Positions 1 through 8,523 of a stretch of 64,000 nt of DNA are shown in pieces. Position 1 is the stretch's first letter, and every line of letters begins with the position of its first letter. This stretch comes from an uncultured Candidatus Saccharibacteria bacterium (lineage in GTDB: Bacteria; Patescibacteriota; Minisyncoccia; UBA6257; JACOXY01): positions 2,602 through 66,601 of the forward strand of contig CAYHMC010000001.1 of assembly GCA_964357615.1 (NCBI GenBank), given 5' to 3'. The position numbers and the translations under genes were made by a program. Under the pieces are notes generated by a model. The model had not been told where the DNA came from and did not search any database. It saw only the letters and a program-made list of their open reading frames with translations.

Positions 1-2
1 CT

Positions 3-1235
3 TTGGTTGATTTAATTATTAAAAATCAAAGCGGTAAATTTGCTGTGTTTGGTCCATCTGCAATTGGAAATCATGTTGACCATGTTATTACGAGGGATGT
101 TTGCAGAGATTTGTTTCTAAACGCAATTTATTTCGCAGATGTCCCATATATATTAAATAACCCTGAAGCAATTAATGAAGTTACTTTAGGTGAAATAGGG
201 ATTTGGGCAGGTGATTTAAAAAATAAAGAAAATATAATTAGGGGATATAAAACGCAGTTTAAGGCAATGTTTGGAGGCGGTTCCCCGTCCTTACCACAAG
301 AAATATTTTATATTAGAGAAATAATAGAAAAAAAACCAAAAGTTTCGGTTGGAATACCAGCATACAACGAAGAAGGAAATATCAAAGTTTTACTCGAGGC
401 AATACTTGCTCAAAAAGAAATAAATCATGAGCTTTTAGAGGTTTTGGTTGTATCAGATGGAAGTTCTGATAAAACGATTAAGCTAGCAAAATCAATTGGT
501 TCCTCAAAAATTAAAATATTTGATTATAGAAAAAGAAGAGGAGCAATGATTAGGCAAAATGAAGTCCATAAAATTTTTAATGGAGATATTTTGGTATTGC
601 TAAATGCAGATGTATTGCCTAAAGATAATTACTATATTGAAAATATGATTTTGCCGTTTTTAAGAAGTAATAAAATAGGTCTAGTTTCTAATAGAGGCAC
701 TACTATGCCAGCAGAAACATTTGTTGAAAAAATAATCAACTTTAGCGTTTCGATGAAAGTTGATATTCTAGAAATAGTTAATGGCGGAGATAATATTTAT
801 TTGTGTCATGGTCATAGTCGTTCCTTTTCAAGGTCATTTGCTAAAAGTGTTAAATGGCCAGAGGATGCGACTGCAGAGGACGCCTTTTCTTATTTACGAG
901 CAAAAGAACTTGGCTTCGAGTTTTTCTATCAGAAAAATGCAGAGATATATTTCAGATCACCTCAAAATATATTTGATCATATTAAGCAAAGTTCAAGATT
1001 CATTAACAGCAAAAAAGGTCTTTCAAAGTATTTTGATAAAAAAATAATTGACAAAAATTTTAAGCTACCAGCTACGCTTGTGGCTTTAATTTGCATTGAG
1101 TCATTCTTAAGACACCCTATTCTGTTTGTAAGTTATATTTGGATTCGCGTTATTGCTACACTCGATTCACTTGTAATAAATAGAGCAACTGTCGCCTGGG
1201 ATCCATCAAGTAGCTCAAAAATTTTAATAAAGTAA
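3..1235 (+). CDS. PIG-L/LmbE-like deacetylase C-terminal segment fused in-frame to a family-2 glycosyltransferase. The ORF is open to the window start, so it is 5-prime partial.
   Basis: The first ~100 aa end with GNHVDHVITRD, matching the C-terminal HxDH motif of PIG-L/LmbE deacetylases. From ~aa 112 the sequence KPKVSVGIPAYNEEGNIK...VVSDGSSDKT...DYRKRRGAM is a typical GT2 DxD-type N-terminal region. No stop codon separates the two parts. Confidence 0.6.
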   Translation: MVDLIIKNQSGKFAVFGPSAIGNHVDHVITRDVCRDLFLNAIYFADVPYILNNPEAINEVTLGEIGIWAGDLKNKENIIRGYKTQFKAMFGGGSPSLPQEIFYIREIIEKKPKVSVGIPAYNEEGNIKVLLEAILAQKEINHELLEVLVVSDGSSDKTIKLAKSIGSSKIKIFDYRKRRGAMIRQNEVHKIFNGDILVLLNADVLPKDNYYIENMILPFLRSNKIGLVSNRGTTMPAETFVEKIINFSVSMKVDILEIVNGGDNIYLCHGHSRSFSRSFAKSVKWPEDATAEDAFSYLRAKELGFEFFYQKNAEIYFRSPQNIFDHIKQSSRFINSKKGLSKYFDKKIIDKNFKLPATLVALICIESFLRHPILFVSYIWIRVIATLDSLVINRATVAWDPSSSSKILIK

Positions 1236-1248
1236 AAAAATAAAAATT

Positions 1249-1998
1249 ATGAAAAATCCTAATGAAATATATGAAAACGAAATAGTGTTTGGTAGCAAGA
1301 AGCAATGCGACGATAACCCTAAACGATGGGAACATGCTAGAGATATGATCTTAAAGCTTGGATATGATCCAAAAAAAGTTTTAGATATCGGCTGTGGTGA
1401 TGGGTTTATTTCTCAAAGTATAAAAAACATTTACCCTAACGCTGAAGTCTTTGGAATTGATATTTCAAAAACTGCAATTGCAATAGCTCAAAATAAATAC
1501 CCTATAATTAATTTTCAAACAGCAAACGCGGAAGAGAAATTACCATTCGAAGACAATTTTTTTGATTTGGTATTTTCTGGAGAGCATATCGAACATATAA
1601 AAGACACTGATACCTACTTGGAGGAGATAAATAGAGTTATGAGAAAAGGTGGAGTTTTTATTATCACTACGCCAAATCTCGCATACTGGGTTAATAGGTT
1701 ATTGTTATTGTTTGGATTCCAGCCATTTAGTTGCGAAGCCAGTCTTAAAAGAAAATTTCCACTTTTTACTATTTTTGGCAAGAACATTCCAGATAACTCA
1801 AATTTTCCACCAGCGGGTCATTTAAGAATTTTCACACCAAACAATTTAAAAATGCTTTTGGAGTTCTATGGTTTTAAGTCAATCCAAATGAAAGGTTCTA
1901 GTTTATTAAAAAAACCAATAATCAGAGAAATCGACTTTTTTCTTTCGATGTTACCAAGTTTGGCACATAATATTATTTTAAAGACTGAAAAAAAATAA
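1249..1998 (+). CDS. Class I SAM-dependent methyltransferase
   Basis: VLDIGCGDGFIS (SAM-binding motif I), then IDIS...A and DLVFSGEHIEH..., a Methyltransf_11-like architecture. It sits 14 nt after the upstream stop. Confidence 0.75.
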   Translation: MKNPNEIYENEIVFGSKKQCDDNPKRWEHARDMILKLGYDPKKVLDIGCGDGFISQSIKNIYPNAEVFGIDISKTAIAIAQNKYPIINFQTANAEEKLPFEDNFFDLVFSGEHIEHIKDTDTYLEEINRVMRKGGVFIITTPNLAYWVNRLLLLFGFQPFSCEASLKRKFPLFTIFGKNIPDNSNFPPAGHLRIFTPNNLKMLLEFYGFKSIQMKGSSLLKKPIIREIDFFLSMLPSLAHNIILKTEKK

Positions 1999-1999
1999 A

Positions 2000-3181
2000 A
2001 TGAACCCCTCTTATGCAAAAGTTATTCATGCGATAGTGAGTGAATTCTATCCTCATGTTGGCGGAGTGGAAACGAATACCCTCGAGGTTTATAGTTCTCT
2101 AGTTAAAAAAGGATGGGAGGTTACCATTCATACATCAAAATTAACTTCACAAAATGAAGAAATACTGTTGGTAGATGAATCGTATAGAGGATTGCGAATT
2201 AAAAGATATAAAACATCATTATTTGGTTTTAAGCCAAATATTTCATGGGGTTCTGCAAATTTGATTGCTATTCATGGTTGGGGTCTTTGTAATTTAAGAC
2301 ATTTTTTTTACAGTTCCTATCTAAAAGTACTTAAAAGAAAAAAATTTATGCTTATTTTTACTCCTCATGGGGGATTTAATTTCGAGGCTCCTAATTCTTT
2401 TTATATTTCTAATATAATTAGAAATATATTCTATAGGGTAATAGGAGCGCCACTCGTGAATTATGTAGTGGATGGGATTAGGGCCGTATCTCATTGGGAG
2501 AAAGAAGTGCTAATCAAAAAAAGAGTCCACGAGGGAATAATTGAGGTAATCACAAATGGCATTGAAAATGAAGCATATCTAGACCTCGAACTCTTAGCAT
2601 CTTCTGAAACAAAAAATATAGCGAAAAATCTCAAAGATTATATTATTCAGATTGCAAGAATTGATCCAGTAAAAAATTTTGAAACCCCAATTAGGGCGCT
2701 TAGTAAGATTTCCTCAAATGTTAAATTTCTTATAATGGGTCCCGTAGGGGATTATAACTACTTTAATCGTCTTAGGATGCTGGTAGATGAACTTAATTTA
2801 CAGAAAAGAGTGATATTTCTTGGAGTCAAAAATGGAGTAGATAAATATTATTTAATAAAAAAAGCAAAGATAATGGTACATATGGCAACATCGGAAAGTT
2901 TTTGTAATTCCGTTCATGAAGGATTAAGCCAAGGTCTTCCATGTGTAGTGGCCAATAATACAGCCTTACCGTTTCTTGTAAAAGAAGGAGTTAGTGGATA
3001 CTGTATTAATCCGAATGATTCAGATTTATTAGCAGAAAAAATAAATTTCTTACTTCAAAACTACGACACCGACGAGTTGAAAAATATGCAAAACTTTAAT
3101 AAAAAAATTGGCAAAGAAAATTCGTGGCAAAAGACAGCTGAGCGCGTGGAATTTTTTTATAAAAAGTTACTTTGTGTATAA
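2000..3181 (+). CDS. Glycosyltransferase family 4 (GT-B, RfaG-like)
   Basis: C-terminal ESFCNSVHEGLSQGLPCVVANNTALPFLVKEGVSGYCI matches the GT4 E-x7-E/nucleotide-sugar-binding region. Its start lies 2 nt after the upstream stop. Confidence 0.75.
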   Translation: MNPSYAKVIHAIVSEFYPHVGGVETNTLEVYSSLVKKGWEVTIHTSKLTSQNEEILLVDESYRGLRIKRYKTSLFGFKPNISWGSANLIAIHGWGLCNLRHFFYSSYLKVLKRKKFMLIFTPHGGFNFEAPNSFYISNIIRNIFYRVIGAPLVNYVVDGIRAVSHWEKEVLIKKRVHEGIIEVITNGIENEAYLDLELLASSETKNIAKNLKDYIIQIARIDPVKNFETPIRALSKISSNVKFLIMGPVGDYNYFNRLRMLVDELNLQKRVIFLGVKNGVDKYYLIKKAKIMVHMATSESFCNSVHEGLSQGLPCVVANNTALPFLVKEGVSGYCINPNDSDLLAEKINFLLQNYDTDELKNMQNFNKKIGKENSWQKTAERVEFFYKKLLCV

Positions 3182-3200
3182 CTGTTTCAATAAATAAAAC

Positions 3201-4106
3201 ATGAATACAACCCTAAAAACAGTAACCGTAGCACTAAGCGCTCTAAATGAAGAAGGTAATATTTTAAATTTTCTAAAATCAGTTTTAGCTCAAAAAGAAG
3301 AAGGATTTATATTAGAAAAAATTTTGGTAATTTCAGATGGCGGAACAGATAGGACAGTAGAATTAGCAAGGTCATTAAACTCTAATAAAATTGAAGTTAT
3401 AGAACAAAAGGAAAGAGCTGGAAAGGCGCAAAGATTAAACGAAATTTATAAGTTACTCACGAGTGATATTTTAGTTCAATCAGATGCCGATGTTATCTTT
3501 GAAAATGAATTTGTAATTAGAAATTTAATAAAGCCGATTATAGAAAACGATAAAGTTGGCTTGTGCGCTGGAAATCCTATTCCTATGAAGGGAAAAACAT
3601 TTACAGAAAGAGCAGTCAATTGTACGGTTTTGGCATATGCACCACTTAAAAAAATAAGAAACATTTCTTCTGCGGACGGTAAATTATTAGCTTTTAAAAA
3701 GGAATTTGTTAAAAAAATGAAAATACCAAATACAATGGCAGACGATGCTTATGCTTATTTTGCCTGTATTAGAGAGGGCTATGATTATAAATTTGTAGAA
3801 AGTGCAGTAGTAAATTATAGGTCACCACAGAGTTTGGCGGATCAAATAAAACAAAATACAAGATTTATTTCAATTCACGCAAATATGGATAAGTTTTTTA
3901 GTAAAGAAATTGTAGAAAGAGAATATAAGCTAGACTCAAAAATAATTTACAAGCTTATGGCAAAACAATTTTTAAAGCACCCAATACTTAGTGCTTATAT
4001 ATTTGTTGTGAATCGTTATTGTAAGTTCCGAACCGTTTATTTTGTGGGTGAGATGAATTCGAAATGGAGCGTAGTGGAGTCCACAAAAAACTTAGAAAAC
4101 TCTTAA
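3201..4106 (+). CDS. Glycosyltransferase family 2, paralog of the GT2 domain in ORF 3..1235
   Basis: VTVALSALNEEGNI...ISDGGTDRTVELA...QSDADV. It aligns along its whole length with aa ~110-410 of ORF 3..1235, including the C-terminal YRSPQSLADQIKQNTRFIS versus FRSPQNIFDHIKQSSRFIN. Confidence 0.75.
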   Translation: MNTTLKTVTVALSALNEEGNILNFLKSVLAQKEEGFILEKILVISDGGTDRTVELARSLNSNKIEVIEQKERAGKAQRLNEIYKLLTSDILVQSDADVIFENEFVIRNLIKPIIENDKVGLCAGNPIPMKGKTFTERAVNCTVLAYAPLKKIRNISSADGKLLAFKKEFVKKMKIPNTMADDAYAYFACIREGYDYKFVESAVVNYRSPQSLADQIKQNTRFISIHANMDKFFSKEIVEREYKLDSKIIYKLMAKQFLKHPILSAYIFVVNRYCKFRTVYFVGEMNSKWSVVESTKNLENS

Positions 4107-4995
4107 GGCGTCTCTTGATTGATTTGGGGGCCATATGAGCAATCCAAGTTGCATAGCTTGTGCGATATTGTTGGTCTTCTAAAAATTCAACCGCGTCGTG
4201 CAAGTTTACAATATTCCATTTCTTAGTTAGATAATCCATATTTGGTTTGCCGTCTTCAACTTTCCAAATAAATTTACGAAAAGGAATTTCATCTTTGTAT
4301 ATTGGCGGTGGATTATAAAAATTTACACGCGACGCTGGTTCAAACACTATGGGGACATTGTGGTGAAGTAAGGCGATTGAAAAATCAATTGGCTCGTGAA
4401 CAGTTAGTTTTTCATCAAACGGTCCAATGATGTCAAAAACACTTCGTTTAAAGAGCGCAGTATGAACTTCTATTGCATATATTTGTTCTCGTTTTCTTGC
4501 GCGCCACCTTTTATTTACTTCTTTGATTCCCTCAAAATATTCATAAAATTTCTTCCCGTCTTTTATAAAAGATTTTATAGTAACTATATTTTTATCGTGG
4601 TGAACTTTTAGGCGAATTGTCATTCCCTCGAGTAATAGTGGAACTGCAACTCCAGCAGGAAATTCTTCACATGCGCTTATTAATTTTGAAAGCCAGTTAT
4701 TTCTTACCATGCAATCGTTTTCCACAAGAGCAATATAGTCATCTTTAGAGTTTTTAACTATTAAATTTCTTGATTGATTTTGAGTTAAATAATTATCAGT
4801 GTGAATAACTTTTACATTGGGTTTATTTTTCAAAACAGCCATCATTTGGTCTAAATATTTTTTTGGAATATTGCAATCTATAACAATTAAATTAAAGGGG
4901 ATATGGGTGTTTTTAAAAATCGCTTTTAGCGATTTTGGAGCCAAATTAAACCTTTCTCTGGGTAAAAAACCTATTGTTACGGATGGGTAATTCAT
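3988..4995 (-). CDS. Glycosyltransferase family 2
   Basis: PFNLIVIDCNIPKKY...ALVENDCMV is a GT2 Rossmann-like N-terminal region with a DxD-like motif. It is convergent with 3201..4106, and the two 3-prime ends overlap by 119 nt. Confidence 0.65.
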   Translation of the reverse strand: MNYPSVTIGFLPRERFNLAPKSLKAIFKNTHIPFNLIVIDCNIPKKYLDQMMAVLKNKPNVKVIHTDNYLTQNQSRNLIVKNSKDDYIALVENDCMVRNNWLSKLISACEEFPAGVAVPLLLEGMTIRLKVHHDKNIVTIKSFIKDGKKFYEYFEGIKEVNKRWRARKREQIYAIEVHTALFKRSVFDIIGPFDEKLTVHEPIDFSIALLHHNVPIVFEPASRVNFYNPPPIYKDEIPFRKFIWKVEDGKPNMDYLTKKWNIVNLHDAVEFLEDQQYRTSYATWIAHMAPKSIKRRLKSFLSFLWTPLRSISNSSHPQNKRFGTYNNDSQQIYKH

Positions 4996-5052
4996 TGAGG
5001 TATTTATAGCATATTTACCCTATAATGTCAATTTATGGGGATATTTAGATAT

Positions 5053-5080
5053 TGCAATTTTATCTGTTTTATGTTATAAT
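5053..5080 (+). promoter_or_regulatory. Sigma70-like promoter (TTGCAA-N16-TATAAT) upstream of CDS 5126
   Basis: ttgcaattttatctgttttatgttataat, a near-consensus -35/-10 pair. It lies in the divergent intergenic region between 4995(-) and 5126(+). Confidence 0.5.
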
Positions 5081-5125
5081 TATCGTATTGTAATTAAGGT
5101 ATTTTGCCGAAATAGTGATATTAAA

Positions 5126-6823
5126 ATGAATTCCAAAATAAAAAATTTATTGGCTATATTATTTATAGTTCTATTTTCATCTACCTTATATGTTTTGACT
5201 TTAAGGGGTCAGTATGGAAATCCTAATCCAGAGACAATGAGAGAGGAGCTTGCTAAGGATTTTAAGTCAATGGAACTTTCTCCTGAAAGGGGACGTTTTG
5301 CGCATGTAATTTCACTTGCAGAAAACGGCACCTACGAACTATCCAGCGCCTTGGTTGATTTTGTTTATCCAGATGTAGGATTTATAAAAGATAAATATTA
5401 CAGTTATTTTGCGCCTGGAATATCTCATATTGCAGTGCCATTTTATAACTTTGGAAAGCAATTTAATTTAGCTCAAGTTTTTTCATTCGCACTAATCTCA
5501 TTGTTTAGTATTGGTGCAATGATATTTATATATTTAATCGCTAGACAAATTTTTGAGTTGCCTGTGTGGGCATCAATTTTGGCTCCAATATTTTACGCTT
5601 TTAGCTCTTCAGCTTGGAGTTATGCAATAACTTTCTATCAGCATCATCTTACTGTTTTTTTCTTTGTAGCGGGTTTTTATTCGGCTTGGCAATTTGGCAG
5701 AAATAAAAAATGGTCTTGGGTTTGGGGTTTTATTCCTTGGATTTCTTATGCATCTGCTTTTACAGTGGATTATCCAAATCCATTATTTTTGCTTCCGATG
5801 ATGATTTATTTTTTCTGGCAGGCATGGAATGTGCGATTAACTGATGATGTGTGGCGTATTAGTTTTAGAACTTCATTTATTTTTGTTTCAATTGGTTTTT
5901 TTGTTATTACAGCATGGCATTTAAATTTGAACGCTACTCATTTTGGTGGTTGGCAAAAATTAGCCGGAGGATTAACAAGCTATAAAAAATTGGAAGTTAG
6001 GCCAATCTTAGACACAAGTATAACTGCTACTACAACAACATTTTACACTACAACAACGGTTGCCACGGCTGAAGCTCCAGAGCCAGGCATTACTACAGTG
6101 AACACAGCAACTTCAACCACCATAACTACTATTAGCATAGCAACAACAACTTCTAACACCACGACATTTGTTATCGCCACAGAGATAAGGGTTATTGGAT
6201 TAAAAAAAGAGAAGCCAAAAGATATTGTTGGATTTTTCGTCGAGAGAAGATTGCCTTATAGTGGATATATTTTATTTGCGTCACCCGAACGAGGACTACT
6301 TATTTTTTGGCCACTATGTATCATAGGTTTTATTGGTTTGTATAGTGCTTTTAAACACAAACCAGTTGAGGTTTCAACATTGTTTGGAGGAGTTTTTATA
6401 AATATGTTTCTTTATTTTAGCTGGGGTGATCCATGGGGAGGGTGGGCGTTTGGTCCTAGGTATATGATTTTATCTATAAGCATATTATCTATATTTGTTG
6501 CATATTGGGTGGCAAAGGGTGAGCTTTGGAAACGCATAGTTGTATTCGAGCTATTCCTCTACTCTTCTTTTATAAGCTTAGCTGGAGCATTAACTACAAA
6601 TGCGGTGCCTCCTAAAGTTGAGGCGATACCACTTGGCGCAGAATATACTTATTTTAGAAATATTGATTTTCTTTTTGAGGGTAAAAGCGGAAGTTTCTTT
6701 TATAATAGTTATGCAATTCAAAATATGTCTCTTTTAGAATATGCATTTCTAATATATATATGTTTAGTTTTGGTTGTAGCGTTACTAATATTTGTATTTC
6801 CAAAATTTAAAAATGACAATTAA
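5126..6823 (+). CDS. Polytopic membrane glycosyltransferase, GT-C fold (ArnT/PMT_2-like), with an internal Thr-rich low-complexity insert
   Basis: More than 10 predicted TM helices. The first extracytoplasmic loop has PERGRFAHV, resembling the ArnT/PMT DEARFA-type motif. It lies within the glycosylation cluster. Confidence 0.5.
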   Translation: MNSKIKNLLAILFIVLFSSTLYVLTLRGQYGNPNPETMREELAKDFKSMELSPERGRFAHVISLAENGTYELSSALVDFVYPDVGFIKDKYYSYFAPGISHIAVPFYNFGKQFNLAQVFSFALISLFSIGAMIFIYLIARQIFELPVWASILAPIFYAFSSSAWSYAITFYQHHLTVFFFVAGFYSAWQFGRNKKWSWVWGFIPWISYASAFTVDYPNPLFLLPMMIYFFWQAWNVRLTDDVWRISFRTSFIFVSIGFFVITAWHLNLNATHFGGWQKLAGGLTSYKKLEVRPILDTSITATTTTFYTTTTVATAEAPEPGITTVNTATSTTITTISIATTTSNTTTFVIATEIRVIGLKKEKPKDIVGFFVERRLPYSGYILFASPERGLLIFWPLCIIGFIGLYSAFKHKPVEVSTLFGGVFINMFLYFSWGDPWGGWAFGPRYMILSISILSIFVAYWVAKGELWKRIVVFELFLYSSFISLAGALTTNAVPPKVEAIPLGAEYTYFRNIDFLFEGKSGSFFYNSYAIQNMSLLEYAFLIYICLVLVVALLIFVFPKFKNDN

Positions 6824-8459
6824 TTTTAGTATAAAAATTTCCAGTTTAAAGAAAATTGGTGCTCTCTTGCACAAGATTACTACCGAAAGAACGATATTTT
6901 TAATCGCCTTAATAATGGCTATTTCAAGCACGGCTTGGTTTTATAGCACAGATACAATTGTGGCCTACGGTGATGCTGAATCTCACTTAAATATTGCTAA
7001 GCGTGTTATTAGTTCTATAACACCAGGACTTGCTCAGCTTGGCGGAATTTGGCTTCCTCTTCCACATATTTTAATGATTCCTTTTGTGTACTTTGATTTT
7101 TTATGGCGCACTGGTCTTGCTGGTTCTATCGTAAATGGTATTGCTTATATTATTTCTGCGTTATTTATTTTTAAAATTGGTAAGTTACTTTTAAAAGACC
7201 CAAGCGCCTCTTTTGTTGCTTCATTAGTGTTTATGTTCAATCTAAATATTCTATATCTTCAAGCCACACCAATGACCGAACTTACACTTATCGTGTTCTT
7301 TATTCTTTCAACTTACTTCTTTATAAAATATCTTTCACACGAAAAAACGCCTAATCTTGTTTTGGCAGCTTTGTTTGGTTTTTGTGCATCACTTTCTAGA
7401 TATGATGGTTGGTTTTTTGTTGGTATTGAAGCGATGATTTTGGCTCTATTTTATAATCCATTTAAAAAAATACCACATAGTTTTAATGAAATCTTGAGCG
7501 CATGGGATTCTAAGAAATGGTTTAAAATGGAAGGTACTGTTTTGATGTTTATTACATTGGGTTTTCTTGGAATTTTTATTTGGCTAGGTTGGGATTTTCT
7601 AATTTTGGGAGACCCACTTTATTTTACGCACAGTGAATTTTCTGCAAGCTCACAACAGCAGGGGTGGTTATCTCGTGGCCAACTTCCAACATATCATAAT
7701 GTTTGGCTGTCATTTTTGTATTATTTTCTTACTGCTATGAATGGCACCGGTATTTTGCTATTTTTCGCATCAATTTTTGGATTTTTTGCATATCTTTCTA
7801 ATAAAGAAAATAAAAACAGATTTCTTATCGGGCTCTTAATTTTCAATATATTTATTTTTTATGTACTAACTCTTTTTATGGGTCAGTCTGTAATTTTTAT
7901 CCCTCATATCACACCCGCAAATTTTGACTGGAATTTATTTAATGTGCGCTACGGCATAATGATGGTTCCTTTTGTTGCTATTTATTTCGGTTATTTATTT
8001 GGAAAATTTAAATTAGCTGGAAAGTTTTTGCTTTTAATTTTATTTGCTTCACAATTTGGTTTGTATGCAATTGGATATAGTCAGGCATTATCTTATCACG
8101 ATGGAATCGAAGGTCTTTCTTCTTCAAAAAGATTAGACGCTGAAAAATGGTTTAAGGTTAACTATGATGGGGGATTAGTTTTAGAAGATGATTTTTCTAG
8201 ACAACTTTCAATCGTGCGCAGTGGTGTACCAATGCAAAATGTAATTTATATTGGAAATAAACCTTATTGGGAAGAGTCGCTCGTTGAACCAGAAAAATAT
8301 GTTCGTTGGATAATAGTTCAGCAAAACGACACGATTGATAAGAAAATTTATCAGCCACCAGCAATGAATGGCCGTCTTTTCAAATACTTTAAATTAGCCT
8401 ATACCTCACCAGAAATTCTAATATTCCAAAGGAACGACTTGCCAGCTGGCTCACAGTAG
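6792..8459 (+). CDS. Polytopic membrane glycosyltransferase, GT-C fold (ArnT/PMT_2-like)
   Basis: More than 10 TM helices. The loop YGDAESHLNIAKRV resembles the D-x-E-x4-IA-R/K acceptor-loop motif of ArnT/PMT-family enzymes. It overlaps the upstream gene by 32 nt. Confidence 0.5.
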   Translation: MYFQNLKMTINFSIKISSLKKIGALLHKITTERTIFLIALIMAISSTAWFYSTDTIVAYGDAESHLNIAKRVISSITPGLAQLGGIWLPLPHILMIPFVYFDFLWRTGLAGSIVNGIAYIISALFIFKIGKLLLKDPSASFVASLVFMFNLNILYLQATPMTELTLIVFFILSTYFFIKYLSHEKTPNLVLAALFGFCASLSRYDGWFFVGIEAMILALFYNPFKKIPHSFNEILSAWDSKKWFKMEGTVLMFITLGFLGIFIWLGWDFLILGDPLYFTHSEFSASSQQQGWLSRGQLPTYHNVWLSFLYYFLTAMNGTGILLFFASIFGFFAYLSNKENKNRFLIGLLIFNIFIFYVLTLFMGQSVIFIPHITPANFDWNLFNVRYGIMMVPFVAIYFGYLFGKFKLAGKFLLLILFASQFGLYAIGYSQALSYHDGIEGLSSSKRLDAEKWFKVNYDGGLVLEDDFSRQLSIVRSGVPMQNVIYIGNKPYWEESLVEPEKYVRWIIVQQNDTIDKKIYQPPAMNGRLFKYFKLAYTSPEILIFQRNDLPAGSQ

Positions 8460-8523
8460 TTGCATAGAGCATTTTGGCTAAAATTGGTTTTGACTTGAGC
8501 TATTTATATGTTATAAAAAATAT

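Noticed and set aside
781-1047. 88-aa ORF in an alternative frame inside the GT2 gene
   Set aside because: It is wholly nested in a well-supported CDS on the same strand and has AT-rich, low-complexity coding. It is a typical spurious shadow ORF.
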